From Candidatus Omnitrophota bacterium (GTDB taxonomy: Bacteria > Omnitrophota > Omnitrophia > Omnitrophales > Aquincolibacteriaceae): a stretch of DNA of 64,000 nucleotides. Both the position numbers and the translations under genes were made by a program. Of this stretch, positions 39,343-48,418 are shown piece by piece; the first letter of the stretch is position 1, and every line of letters starts with the position of its first letter. The notes under the pieces are model-generated. The model ran no database searches and was not told where the DNA came from. It saw nothing but the letters and a program-made list of their open reading frames with translations. The DNA lies in NCBI GenBank assembly GCA_030698625.1, contig JAUYMS010000044.1, positions 30,898 to 94,897 on the forward strand. The letters are read 5' to 3'.

Positions 39343-40426
39343 TGTCCTGATATTGAGCGATGGCCGGCCCGGCCATTTAAAACAATGCGAAGCCGTCTAC
39401 CTTGAATTAGAAAAACTCTACCAGAGCCGAGGTTTCTCAAAGGAAGACGTCGCCTGCGAAACTCTTGAGATGAAGCTAAAAACCAAGGCGGCAAAGAAGA
39501 TCGTCTTTTACCTCACTTACTTGCCGCGCCTATTGGGACAATGGCTGGCGCTGAGGTGTCTGCGATCTTCCTTGGACAGAACACGATACGTCGAACTCAT
39601 GAAAAAAAAGGCTGACGTCATCATTTCGCCTTTTGGGCAAAGAACCATTGCTGTGAACCTGCCGCTTTCACGGCAGTGCAACGCCAAATCCGTTGTGTTG
39701 ATGAATCCGCGTTCCGTGATTGGAAAGTTTGATCTCGCGATTGTTCACCGCCATAGCAATGCCAAAGAGGGGAAGAACACGATTTTGACCGATGGCGCGC
39801 CCAATACGATCGAAAGAACCGTGCTTGAAGCGCGCGCTCGGGAATTGCGCGGGGAGGTCGGAGTTACGGCCGACGTCATAATCGGGCTTCTTGTGGGAGG
39901 AGATTATAAGCGGTACCGCATGAGTGAAGATAAGATAGCTGCATTAGTACGGCAGGTTAAAGGCCTCGGCGAGTCAAGCGGTGCTGAATTTCTGGTTTCG
40001 ACCTCGCTCAGAACACCCGCGCATATCGAGAACCTGCTTCGGCGCGAACTGGCCGGGGATCCCCGCTGTAAATTGCTGGTGATTGCAAACGAGCGTAACC
40101 GGCCGGGTGCTGTGGAGGCGATATTGGGTCTGTGCGATGCGGTCATCGTCTCGCCCGAGAGCGTTTCTATGATCTCAGAAGCGGCGTCTTCCGGCGCGCA
40201 TGTCCTCACCTTTGAAGATAGCGAATTCCTAGACGATGAGCATAAGCGCTTTTTACAAAATGTTGAACGCAAAGGCTATCTTAAAGTAGTGGACGTAACT
40301 CAAATCGGGAAGTACGTTAAACAATTCTTATGTGACGGGCGCAGGACAAAGACCTTAGACGACAGACCCGCGATCCGCAAAGGTCTGGAATCGCTGGTGG
40401 ACTCAACCGGGACGGGCCGATGGTAG
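39302..40426 (+). CDS. ELM1/GtrOC1-family putative glycosyltransferase (DUF1022)
   Basis: N-terminal hallmark ILSDGRPGHLKQ matches the ELM1-family consensus (VLSDGKAGHxNQ); GT-B-like length. Confidence 0.55.
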   Translation: MLWRIMFPTNPSINVLILSDGRPGHLKQCEAVYLELEKLYQSRGFSKEDVACETLEMKLKTKAAKKIVFYLTYLPRLLGQWLALRCLRSSLDRTRYVELMKKKADVIISPFGQRTIAVNLPLSRQCNAKSVVLMNPRSVIGKFDLAIVHRHSNAKEGKNTILTDGAPNTIERTVLEARARELRGEVGVTADVIIGLLVGGDYKRYRMSEDKIAALVRQVKGLGESSGAEFLVSTSLRTPAHIENLLRRELAGDPRCKLLVIANERNRPGAVEAILGLCDAVIVSPESVSMISEAASSGAHVLTFEDSEFLDDEHKRFLQNVERKGYLKVVDVTQIGKYVKQFLCDGRRTKTLDDRPAIRKGLESLVDSTGTGRW

Positions 40427-41544
40427 CTCAAGCCGCAGACAAAAAATCGGATATCATGGCTTCCTTACTCCGGCGAATATACCACGCTTTGATTTCACTC
40501 CAGATTGCCGTGGTTCTCATTCTGCTGCTGATCGTGTCGCTGTCCGCCGGAACCATCCTGGAGTCGCTTCACGGGGCCGCGGCCGCCAAGATCATCGTGT
40601 ACAACTCGGTGTGGTTCAGCGCGCTCCTCATCCTGCTCGGTTTGAATGTTCTGACGGTCGCCCTCAGCCGTATTCCCTGGCAGCAAAAGCATACCGGTTT
40701 TCTGCTGACGCACCTGGGCATTATCCTGATTTTGATCGGTTCCATGACGACGCGTTATTTCATGACCGACGGTCAGATCGTGTTGGTGGAAGGCGAAACC
40801 TCGGGGATCCTCAGCCTGCCCGAACAAATCCTTGAGATACGAAAAATGGGCGACCGGACTGTCTGGAATTATCCGGTGCCCGGGAAGCCTTTTCCGTGGG
40901 AGGGGCGCCAGAAGCTCGGCCGGCCGGGAAAACTGCCGGTCGATTTTGCGATGACCCACTATTATCCGAAGGCCAGGTTGCGCCGGGCCATGCGTTCGGC
41001 TGAAGACGGCCCGGCTTCCGTATATCTGGCCTTATACAATGCCATGACCCGTCAGGAAATGTGGCTCACTCAGGATGACCCGCAGACAGGATCGGTTAAT
41101 CTCGGGCCTGCCGCCGTGTCGTTCGCGTCAGGGCCGTTTGCAGAGAACGAGCGTGGGACAAAGCCCAAACTCTATCTGGAATTTCGCATCGGCAACCATG
41201 TGAAGCGTCTGGATCTGGACACGGTGCAACCGCTTCCGTTGGCGGCAAAATTGGAGGGCACGCCTTATGAAGTGATCATTGAGGCTATCTTCCGCAATGC
41301 GGCCGTGGTCGGCAGGGAGGTGGTCGAAAACGAGGCCGTCTCTTCGCCCGGCAGTTGGACCAATCCCGCAGTGACGCTGAGTATTACGAGTATTAAAGGA
41401 AGGGCCCTTGAAGAAAAACACCACGTCTTCGCAAATTTCCCGGACTTTCCAACCATCCACGGTCACGCCGTTCCCGAATCCGGCGTCAAGATCGCGCTTG
41501 GGGCAGTGCCGGGTTGTAGTACGGTTTCATCTTTAATGTTATAA
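40420..41544 (+). CDS. ResB/Ccs1-like integral membrane protein (N-terminal homology only), not adjacent to CcsA
   Basis: N-terminus matches the ResB family pattern (IAVVLILLLIVSLSAGTILES ... VYNSVWFSALLILLGLNVLTVALSRIP), followed by a roughly 250-aa extracytoplasmic domain. It overlaps the upstream gene by 7 nt. Confidence 0.45.
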   Translation: MVAQAADKKSDIMASLLRRIYHALISLQIAVVLILLLIVSLSAGTILESLHGAAAAKIIVYNSVWFSALLILLGLNVLTVALSRIPWQQKHTGFLLTHLGIILILIGSMTTRYFMTDGQIVLVEGETSGILSLPEQILEIRKMGDRTVWNYPVPGKPFPWEGRQKLGRPGKLPVDFAMTHYYPKARLRRAMRSAEDGPASVYLALYNAMTRQEMWLTQDDPQTGSVNLGPAAVSFASGPFAENERGTKPKLYLEFRIGNHVKRLDLDTVQPLPLAAKLEGTPYEVIIEAIFRNAAVVGREVVENEAVSSPGSWTNPAVTLSITSIKGRALEEKHHVFANFPDFPTIHGHAVPESGVKIALGAVPGCSTVSSLML

Positions 41545-41582
41545 TATTCACTACTCTTCTGACTCGATTCAGGATCTCAATT

Positions 41583-41924
41583 ATGAAAATCGTCACGGAT
41601 AAAATTACGGTTTCAGAATTAAAGAAAATGTCGGCACGCTTCGGCAATATGGTGAAGGCGGTCGTGGATATCGAAAAAGAGCGTGTGGCCGTTGATGCGG
41701 AACTCCATTCGGATTTAGAAGCGCTGCTTCTCAGTGAGGGCTCTAAGCAGACTGAACTTTGGGGAATAAACTTTTATCCGGACCTCGATGGCGGGGATTT
41801 TATGGAGTTTGATTCCATGATTAATATCAGGCCTTCTCAAAGCAATCACAGCCGCGGGGTCGATAGCCCTCAAACGCAAAAGAAAATCAAAGATATTATT
41901 GCCGAAAGGGTTGACAGGTCATGA
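41583..41924 (+). CDS. DUF5674-like small protein
   Basis: 113 aa; VKAVVDIEKERVAVDAELHSDLEALLLSEGSKQTELWGINFYP resembles DUF5674 consensus members. The call rests on recall only. Confidence 0.45.
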   Translation: MKIVTDKITVSELKKMSARFGNMVKAVVDIEKERVAVDAELHSDLEALLLSEGSKQTELWGINFYPDLDGGDFMEFDSMINIRPSQSNHSRGVDSPQTQKKIKDIIAERVDRS

Positions 41925-42253
41925 CACAGCACCGGGAACTTGCGGCAGGCCGATGGAGCCGGTTCAGTTTCGCGGAAGCGATGGCCAACATCGGCAGCGA
42001 AGTGGAACGGGCCATGAAATGGCGCGCCAAGAAGAATCCCCAATACTCAGAGCTCGCATTGCAACGGGCGCTTGAACTTATCCAGTTGACTTTAAACAGC
42101 ACCCGCCAACTTCCGCGCTTAAAGGAGACGGCACGTGTCCGTGAGGCCCTGATCGACTATTTTTATGGTGAAAATGAATATCACTCCACCGACGAAGCCT
42201 GGAGCAGATATTTCACCCAGTTCACACTCGCAGCCCGTCCGCATGTTTTATAG
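41921..42253 (+). CDS. Hypothetical protein (110 aa, alpha-helical)
   Basis: ORF overlapping the previous stop by 4 nt, within the operon; no recognised domain. Confidence 0.4.
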   Translation: MTQHRELAAGRWSRFSFAEAMANIGSEVERAMKWRAKKNPQYSELALQRALELIQLTLNSTRQLPRLKETARVREALIDYFYGENEYHSTDEAWSRYFTQFTLAARPHVL

Positions 42254-42367
42254 CAACCGGTTTCTGCGCAGATCCTTCTTTCTAAGGAAGCGCCATTCGT
42301 GTCTGTCACACGAACTAATACGACCATCATTAAAAACACAACAGGCAAAAGACAAGGCAGGTGCACG

Positions 42368-43279
42368 ATGAGACTTCACGGGCTTGGGATCACGCTCATA
42401 ATATTTATGCTTCTAATGGGGCTATCTCCCGCGCAGTTGCCGGCCGGGCAACAGGAAGGCGCGGCGGTCATGACCGTGTTCGGCGACGCCGTGAAAGCGG
42501 AATACGATGACGCCGGCAGGCTTACTTCGGCCGAGGATGCGCTCGGGAACCGTACGCAGTATCGATATGACGAGCAAGGCAGGGTAATCGCCGTGACCGA
42601 TCCTATGGGCGCGACCTCGCGCATGGCCTATGATGATGAGGGCCGAATGATCGCCGCAGAAGATGCGTCCGGGAGCCGCTGGAAGTGGACCTATGACGAG
42701 AAGGGGCGCATTACGTCTTCGGCCGATCCCACCGGGCAGAGCACGCTCACATTCTACGATGATGCTAACCGCAAAATAACGATTACGGATGCGGCGGGCG
42801 CGTCTACGACTTATGAATACGATAGGGCAGGACGCATGGTGGCCGTAATCGATGCTACGGGGCGCACCACGCGGACAAGCTATGATGCCGCAGGCCGCGT
42901 GACGAGCGTGACGCATCCAGACGGAAAACGCACCGACGTTACTTACGATGCGGCAGGTCGCGTGACGGAAGTGCGGGACCTCGAAGGCCGTGCGATGAGC
43001 TATGAGTACGATGCAGCAGGTCGTGTGCAGAGCATGGCGGATGCCGGCGGCGCTACGATCGCATGGGAATACGACAAGGCCGGGCGGGTTGCGGGCATGA
43101 AAGACGCACAAGGCCGGGCCCTCAATACTGAATACGATGCCGCGGGCCGGATGCTTGCGAGCGAAGATGCCGAAGGCCATAGAATGACATACGAATACGG
43201 CAAGGACGGGCAGCTTGAAGCCGTTGTTGATACCGAAGGTAAGCGAATAAGCTTGAGGGCGGGGGACGGGCAATCATGA
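42368..43279 (+). CDS. Short secreted YD-repeat (RHS-repeat) protein
   Basis: Signal peptide (MRLHGLGITLIIFMLLMGLSPA), then about 12 tandem 21-aa YD repeats (xYxYDxxGRxxxxxDxxG). No RHS core or toxin domain. Confidence 0.8.
   Translation: MRLHGLGITLIIFMLLMGLSPAQLPAGQQEGAAVMTVFGDAVKAEYDDAGRLTSAEDALGNRTQYRYDEQGRVIAVTDPMGATSRMAYDDEGRMIAAEDASGSRWKWTYDEKGRITSSADPTGQSTLTFYDDANRKITITDAAGASTTYEYDRAGRMVAVIDATGRTTRTSYDAAGRVTSVTHPDGKRTDVTYDAAGRVTEVRDLEGRAMSYEYDAAGRVQSMADAGGATIAWEYDKAGRVAGMKDAQGRALNTEYDAAGRMLASEDAEGHRMTYEYGKDGQLEAVVDTEGKRISLRAGDGQS
42470..43250 (+). repeat. Tandem 63-bp coding repeats (YD repeats)
   Basis: Periodic TACGATGCCGCAGGCCGCGTGACG-like units. They generate the spurious antisense ORFs 42422..43273 and 43000..43647. 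Confidence 0.7.
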
Positions 43280-43818
43280 GCCGTCGCCACACATTGGCCG
43301 GTTTTTTGTTCCTGTATTGGATAATTGCCGCGGCGGTCCCTCCGGCGTTTTCTGACGGCGTCGAATCCGCGATTGATTCGGTTATCGACGCAGCTGCCGC
43401 GGCAGCCGATTCGGTCGTTAAAGCCGCCGAAAATGCGGTTTCGTCCGCATCCGCCCCCGCACCCTTTGGAGCCGGTCCCGGCATGATGATGCCGCAGATG
43501 ATGCCGCAGACGATGCCGCAGACGATGACGCCGATGATGCAGCCGTTCGCTAGTCCGATGATGATGCCGCAAATGATGCCGCAGATGGTGCCGCAGACGA
43601 TGACGCCGATGATGCAGCCGTTCGCTAGTCCGATGATGATGCCGCAAATGATGCCGTCATCTGGTTCTCAGGGCACGGGTGGAACCGGCAATTCAAAAGA
43701 TCCCTTCCAAAAGACAGACGCCATCAACCGCGCTGACAAAAGCAGCCGCAGCGGCGCAGACCCACGCTCACTGCAAGATACGGGCCGCGATCGCGGGTCG
43801 AAAGAAAGTAGAGAATAG
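43276..43818 (+). CDS. Secreted Met/Pro/Gln-rich repetitive protein (MMPQ repeats)
   Basis: Signal peptide, an Ala-rich helix, then MMPQMMPQTMPQTMTPMMQPFASPMMMPQMMPQ repeated. It overlaps the YD gene stop by 4 nt. Confidence 0.6.
   Translation: MSRRHTLAGFLFLYWIIAAAVPPAFSDGVESAIDSVIDAAAAAADSVVKAAENAVSSASAPAPFGAGPGMMMPQMMPQTMPQTMTPMMQPFASPMMMPQMMPQMVPQTMTPMMQPFASPMMMPQMMPSSGSQGTGGTGNSKDPFQKTDAINRADKSSRSGADPRSLQDTGRDRGSKESRE
43521..43670 (+). repeat. 75-bp tandem direct repeat (2 copies) encoding TMTPMMQPFASPMMMPQMMPQMVPQ
   Basis: GACGATGACGCCGATGATGCAGCCGTTCGCTAGTCCGATGATGATGCCGCAAATGATGCCG occurs at 43521 and 43596. Confidence 0.8.
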
Positions 43819-43828
43819 CTAGAATTCT

Positions 43829-43844
43829 TTGTATGATCATACAA
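43829..43844. promoter_or_regulatory. Perfect 16-bp palindrome TTGTATGATCATACAA immediately upstream of phoB
   Basis: Read from the sequence; 18 nt upstream of the phoB ATG. Confidence 0.4.
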
Positions 43845-43861
43845 GAAATCAGAGAGGCCGT

Positions 43862-44554
43862 ATGGCTAAGGAAATAATTTTATTGATTGAGGATGAGAAG
43901 AACATTGTCGAGCTTGTGAAATACAACCTCGAACAGCAGGGCTATCGGGTGAACACTGCTGTTAACGGGAATGAGGGCGTACGGAAGGCCCAAAAGGAAA
44001 AACCCGATCTGGTGATCCTTGATCTTATGCTGCCCGAGCTCGATGGCATTGAGGTTTGCAAGATCCTCAGACACAACGACAAGACCGCTTCGATTCCCAT
44101 TATTATGCTTACTGCCAGAAGCGAAGAAGCTGATAAGATCGTCGGCTTGGAGCTGGGTGCCGATGACTATGTGACGAAACCGTTCAGTCCGCGAGAACTC
44201 GTAGCGCGTGTCAAGGCCGTCTTGAGACGGATCGGCGGTGATGGCGGGACGAAGGTGTTGAAGTCAGGCGGGCTCGAGGTAGATATCGAAAAGCATATTG
44301 TAACGGTGAAAGGTAAACGAGTTGATCTCACATCGAAGGAATTCGAATTGCTGAAGTGTCTTCTGGATGTAAAGGGGAGGGTGTTGTCTCGCGACCAGCT
44401 TTTGACCAAGGTGTGGGGTTATGAGCCGTCGCTTGAGCTTGAAACCCGCACTGTGGATATGCATATCGGCCAGCTGCGCAAGAAGATCAAATCAGAGTCT
44501 GAGAAAATCATTACCGTTAAGAACGTCGGTTATCGTTTCGCGATAGAGGAATAG
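43862..44554 (+). CDS. phoB: Phosphate regulon response regulator (OmpR/PhoB family)
   Basis: REC domain plus winged-helix trans_reg_C (VWGYEPSLELETRTVDMHIGQLRKKI). It sits upstream of phoR and the pst operon. Confidence 0.85.
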   Translation: MAKEIILLIEDEKNIVELVKYNLEQQGYRVNTAVNGNEGVRKAQKEKPDLVILDLMLPELDGIEVCKILRHNDKTASIPIIMLTARSEEADKIVGLELGADDYVTKPFSPRELVARVKAVLRRIGGDGGTKVLKSGGLEVDIEKHIVTVKGKRVDLTSKEFELLKCLLDVKGRVLSRDQLLTKVWGYEPSLELETRTVDMHIGQLRKKIKSESEKIITVKNVGYRFAIEE

Positions 44555-44557
44555 CGC

Positions 44558-46354
44558 GTGTTCAGATGGATAGGTAAGCGTTTCGGAAGACGGCTGGCTT
44601 TTACATATGTCGCGGTCTTTACCCTTGTCTTTGCCGTAACCGGCTTTGTCGTTTCGCGTTCGCTCGAAGACCGCACATTGTCGCGGTTAAAGGAGACGCT
44701 CGGCCATCAAACGGAACTCCTTGCGCATATCGTCACTTCCCGAGATGTCACTCTTCCGGATCCGGCCGACATCCACTCCCGTATCGTCGAGTTGGGCAAG
44801 AATATTCCGTTGAGGATCACCCTTGTCGACGCGACAGGGCGTGTGCTGGGTGATTCGCTGCGCACGCTCCGCGAACTGAATGAAATGGATAACCATGCCA
44901 ACCGGCCGGAAATTAAGGCCGCTCTCGGCGGCCGTGCAGGTTCCAGTGTTCGCTATAGCGTTACGCTGCACAGACAGATGTTTTATCAAGCCTTGCCCCT
45001 TAGAATAGACGGCGACGTCGTAGGGGTCTTGAGGACGGCGATTCCTCTAACTCAGGTCGAAGAGACCCTAGCTGCTGTCCGGCGGCCTATCATCCTCGGG
45101 TCCCTCGTCGGAATATTCTGCACGCTAATACTGGGCTTTTTCTTGAGCCGCTATGTGACACAGCGTGTGAGGCAAATGACGGAGGCATCGCGCTCCTTCG
45201 GCAAAGGTGATTTTGGTGTGCGGATTTCTGTTGATGCCGAGGATGAACTAGGCGTTCTTGCAGGAACCATGAATCGAATGGCTTCTTTGCTCAGAGGAAG
45301 GATGAGTGAAATCGAAGGCGAAAGAATTAAGGCCGGCGCAATCCTCGATAACATGGTCGAAGGAGTCATCGCGGTCGATCGTAACCGGCATGTCCTCATG
45401 GTCAACCCCAATGTGGAGAGGATGTTTCACCAAACCCAAGCCTCTATTAAAGAGAGAACCCTGATCGAATTGACCAAGAATATTCAATTGGATAATATTA
45501 TGGCCCGCGCCATCGATGAACATTCTATCAATTCGGAAGAAGTGACCGTAGCTGACGAAGAAAGTAGGGTCTTGCAGGCCAACGCTGTCGGCGTACCCTG
45601 CAACGATGACCAAGCTGTCGCGGGCATACTTGTTCTTCACGACATCACGGAGATCCGCAAGCTCGAAAAGATGCGGCGTGAATTTGTTGCCAACGTGTCC
45701 CACGAGCTAAAGACGCCCCTGACATCCATTAAAGGCTTTATTGAAACCCTGCAGACGGGTAGCGCCGTGGATGCCGGCAGCAGCCGGCGGTTTCTCGGGA
45801 TCATGGAAGAAGATGCAAACCGCCTAGGGCGGCTTATCGACGATATTCTCGACTTGTCAAAAATAGAATCCGGCGCCCTGCCGCTTAAACGCGAGGCGCT
45901 GGATATAGGTTCTGTGGTCACGGAGGCCCTCTCGATGCTGGAGCACAGACTGCAGTTGAAAAAGATCAAAGTTGAAAACCGCATTCCTGAGGCACCGCTG
46001 CCGCCCGTAGCGGCAGACCGTGATAAGCTCATGCAGATCCTTGATAATCTCTTGGATAATGCCCTCAAGTTTAACCGCGAAGGCGGGCGGATAGTCTTAG
46101 ATGCCTCAGTTCATGCGAACTATTTACAACTAGCCATCAGCGACACAGGGCCTGGGATTCCTGCCGAAATGATCCCGCGGCTATTCGAGAGATTTTTCCG
46201 TGTCGATAAGGGACGGTCCCGCGAGATGGGCGGCACGGGCCTCGGCCTCGCGATCGTGAAAAATCTGGTACAATTGCACGGCGGAACCGTCGCCTGCGAA
46301 AGCAAACCCGGCCAGGGCTCCACCTTTACCTTTACCCTCCCGTTGGCAAGGTAG
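44558..46354 (+). CDS. phoR: Phosphate regulon sensor histidine kinase
   Basis: GTG start 4 nt after the phoB stop. TM, HAMP, PAS, HisKA (SHELKTPLTSI) and HATPase_c (GGTGLGLAIV) domains. Confidence 0.85.
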   Translation: MFRWIGKRFGRRLAFTYVAVFTLVFAVTGFVVSRSLEDRTLSRLKETLGHQTELLAHIVTSRDVTLPDPADIHSRIVELGKNIPLRITLVDATGRVLGDSLRTLRELNEMDNHANRPEIKAALGGRAGSSVRYSVTLHRQMFYQALPLRIDGDVVGVLRTAIPLTQVEETLAAVRRPIILGSLVGIFCTLILGFFLSRYVTQRVRQMTEASRSFGKGDFGVRISVDAEDELGVLAGTMNRMASLLRGRMSEIEGERIKAGAILDNMVEGVIAVDRNRHVLMVNPNVERMFHQTQASIKERTLIELTKNIQLDNIMARAIDEHSINSEEVTVADEESRVLQANAVGVPCNDDQAVAGILVLHDITEIRKLEKMRREFVANVSHELKTPLTSIKGFIETLQTGSAVDAGSSRRFLGIMEEDANRLGRLIDDILDLSKIESGALPLKREALDIGSVVTEALSMLEHRLQLKKIKVENRIPEAPLPPVAADRDKLMQILDNLLDNALKFNREGGRIVLDASVHANYLQLAISDTGPGIPAEMIPRLFERFFRVDKGRSREMGGTGLGLAIVKNLVQLHGGTVACESKPGQGSTFTFTLPLAR

Positions 46355-46361
46355 CCCTTCC

Positions 46362-46390
46362 TTACCTAATTTTTACCTGATCTTCACGAG
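46362..46390 (+). promoter_or_regulatory. Candidate Pho box: TTACCTA-N4-TTACCTG direct repeats with 11-bp periodicity
   Basis: CTTACCTAATTTTTACCTGATCTTCACGAG lies about 50 nt upstream of the first small ORF and its RBS, and heads the porin-pst gene string. Confidence 0.4.
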
Positions 46391-46440
46391 TCCTTGAAGT
46401 GCCTCGCCTAGAATTTCAATCAACTGAAAGGAGGCCGCAC

Positions 46441-46665
46441 ATGTTATTTGCACGAAAACTCATGATTCAGGGGCTCAGGAAGCAGATGACTCTTTTAGAT
46501 CGGATTTCGGAAAGTCTTGAGAGTGACATTACACCCCACGACCCCCTAAGGCGTTGCTATGCTCATGAAATTTCGAAGGTGAGTAGTAACCTGAGAGCGC
46601 TAAGGGAAAAGAAGCGTGAATACGGCGTTTATCTGAGCCCTGAACCTTACACGGATTTTACATGA
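46441..46665 (+). CDS. Small hypothetical protein (paralogue A, about 74 aa)
   Basis: RBS AGGAGG and ATG at 46441. It shares the L..RLS..LES..DI.PL....YA..E..S.LR.LR pattern with the next ORF. Confidence 0.45.
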   Translation: MLFARKLMIQGLRKQMTLLDRISESLESDITPHDPLRRCYAHEISKVSSNLRALREKKREYGVYLSPEPYTDFT

Positions 46666-46708
46666 CCCGTAAGCGGACTTGAAGCGCGACGACTAAAATA
46701 GGGATCAT

Positions 46709-46948
46709 ATGAGTCAGAGAGAATACTTAATCACCGGAATTCGCGATCAGAAAAACAAGCTGGAGAGGCTTTCGAATGTTCTTGAATCCCAGTCCGACAT
46801 CGATCCGTTAAATTGGCAAGTTTACGAGTATGCAACCAGGGAGGTGGAAAGCAGCCTCAGGAAACTTAGAAAAATGGCAGCTGCCGAATTCATTAAATGC
46901 AACTACGACAATACAGGCACCGTAACTCAAGAGGAGTGTAAAGAATGA
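46709..46948 (+). CDS. Small hypothetical protein (paralogue B, 79 aa)
   Basis: Similar to 46441..46665. Its stop overlaps the porin start (ATGA). Confidence 0.45.
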   Translation: MSQREYLITGIRDQKNKLERLSNVLESQSDIDPLNWQVYEYATREVESSLRKLRKMAAAEFIKCNYDNTGTVTQEECKE

Positions 46949-48345
46949 AACGTAATAATAGGAGCTTTAAGCTGCTGGCTGGTTTTCTGGGATTATGTGT
47001 CGTTTTTCCAGGTGCTACTTTTGCCGATGATGCCGCCATCATGACGATGGTTAAAGATTTGCAGACGCAGGTCATGGGGATGAAAAAGACCATCGACTGG
47101 CAGAGTGACAAGATCAAGGCATTGGAAAGCGGAAAGGCAGAAATGCCCGAGCCGGCCGGGAATTTTAAGGACAACCTCAAGGCCGCTATCGGCCCGGCGG
47201 ACACGTGGCTTGAAGGCATCGATTTTTCGGGCGATTTCCGGGTTCGTTACGAGGGCCAGCAAGAGAAACACGATTCCGCGACGAATGACCGTAACCGGTT
47301 CCGCTACCGCCTGCGTTTTGGTTGGGAAAAGGAATTCAGTGACGAAATGAAGGTCGGTTTCCGCCTGGTATCAGCGCCCGGCGAAAGCGCGAATCCGACG
47401 ATTACGTCCACGAATACCACTTTCGACACCAACTTCGCTTTCAAGGATATCGCCATCGACCGGGTGTTTGCGACCTATACCCCGAAGTGGGCCCTGTATA
47501 AATTTACCGGCGATTTCGGCATTAAGAAGGTTGAAGTGACGGCCGGTAAATTCAATAACCCGTTCACCAACGCCACGACGCAGATGATCTGGGACGGTGA
47601 CGTGACGCCCGAGGGTATTTACGAAAAAGTGGATGTCGGCCTTTACAAGTCTGACGACTTATCCACGGATTTCTCCATCTTATTCGGGCAATTGGTTCTG
47701 GAAGAGGGAAGCGGTTCCAATCATGACGATGCCGAACTCTTTGCGATTCAGGGAGGCTTTACATCCCAGATTGATGCGGGTATGGAGAAGCCCATCGGGA
47801 TGAAAAACTTCATGTCCTGGTATGACTATAAGGACTTCGGTTTGCCCGGTAACTTTGCTGCGACGGGAGGTAACCCGGTCGGGGTATTGCCGACTCCGCC
47901 GACGATCCTCGCGGCACAGGACTTCGACATCGTCGAATTTTACAACGAGATTAGTTTCACGCCGCCGGGCGGTATCCTGCCGAAATCGAAGCTCTTCTTC
48001 GACTGGGCCTGGAATACCAACGGCGCGGAATATGCCGCTTCGGCCGACGGGCAAAACGATGCCTGGGGTCTTGGCCTGAAGATCGGCAGTGCGAAGAAGA
48101 AGGGGCAGTGGGAGGCCGGCTACGAGTATTACAATATCGAGGCCAATTCTGTCCCCGGAGTTTTTGTTGACAGCGATTTCGGCGGAGCAGATCGTCGCGG
48201 CAGCATCGTTAAGGCTGCCTATGCCTTAACCGATTACCTGACACTCGGTGTGGCGGCTTTTATGACCGACCGTGTTTCGGCTGATGCGTTTACGGCGGAC
48301 GAAGAAAGAAGGCTCTACCAAGTGGACCTGGCATACAAGTGGTAG
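46945..48345 (+). CDS. Outer-membrane beta-barrel porin, probably the phosphate-selective OprO/OprP family
   Basis: Signal peptide, an N-terminal coiled-coil segment, alternating amphipathic beta-strands and a C-terminal ...LAYKW aromatic terminus. Located in the Pho operon. Confidence 0.6.
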   Translation: MKRNNRSFKLLAGFLGLCVVFPGATFADDAAIMTMVKDLQTQVMGMKKTIDWQSDKIKALESGKAEMPEPAGNFKDNLKAAIGPADTWLEGIDFSGDFRVRYEGQQEKHDSATNDRNRFRYRLRFGWEKEFSDEMKVGFRLVSAPGESANPTITSTNTTFDTNFAFKDIAIDRVFATYTPKWALYKFTGDFGIKKVEVTAGKFNNPFTNATTQMIWDGDVTPEGIYEKVDVGLYKSDDLSTDFSILFGQLVLEEGSGSNHDDAELFAIQGGFTSQIDAGMEKPIGMKNFMSWYDYKDFGLPGNFAATGGNPVGVLPTPPTILAAQDFDIVEFYNEISFTPPGGILPKSKLFFDWAWNTNGAEYAASADGQNDAWGLGLKIGSAKKKGQWEAGYEYYNIEANSVPGVFVDSDFGGADRRGSIVKAAYALTDYLTLGVAAFMTDRVSADAFTADEERRLYQVDLAYKW

Positions 48346-48418
48346 CCATGGTTTCTTAGATATAATTCTAACGCGAATTAGCTCGAATAAACCAAGAAAA
48401 GACAAAGGAGAAAGTGCG

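Noticed and set aside
42422-43647. Minus-strand ORFs of 283 aa and 215 aa (His/Arg-rich, 'RHHLRHH' repeats) antisense to the YD-repeat gene
   Set aside because: They are generated by the periodic 63-bp YD coding repeats read on the opposite strand. The + strand product has a signal peptide and canonical YD repeats, so the antisense ORFs are artefacts.
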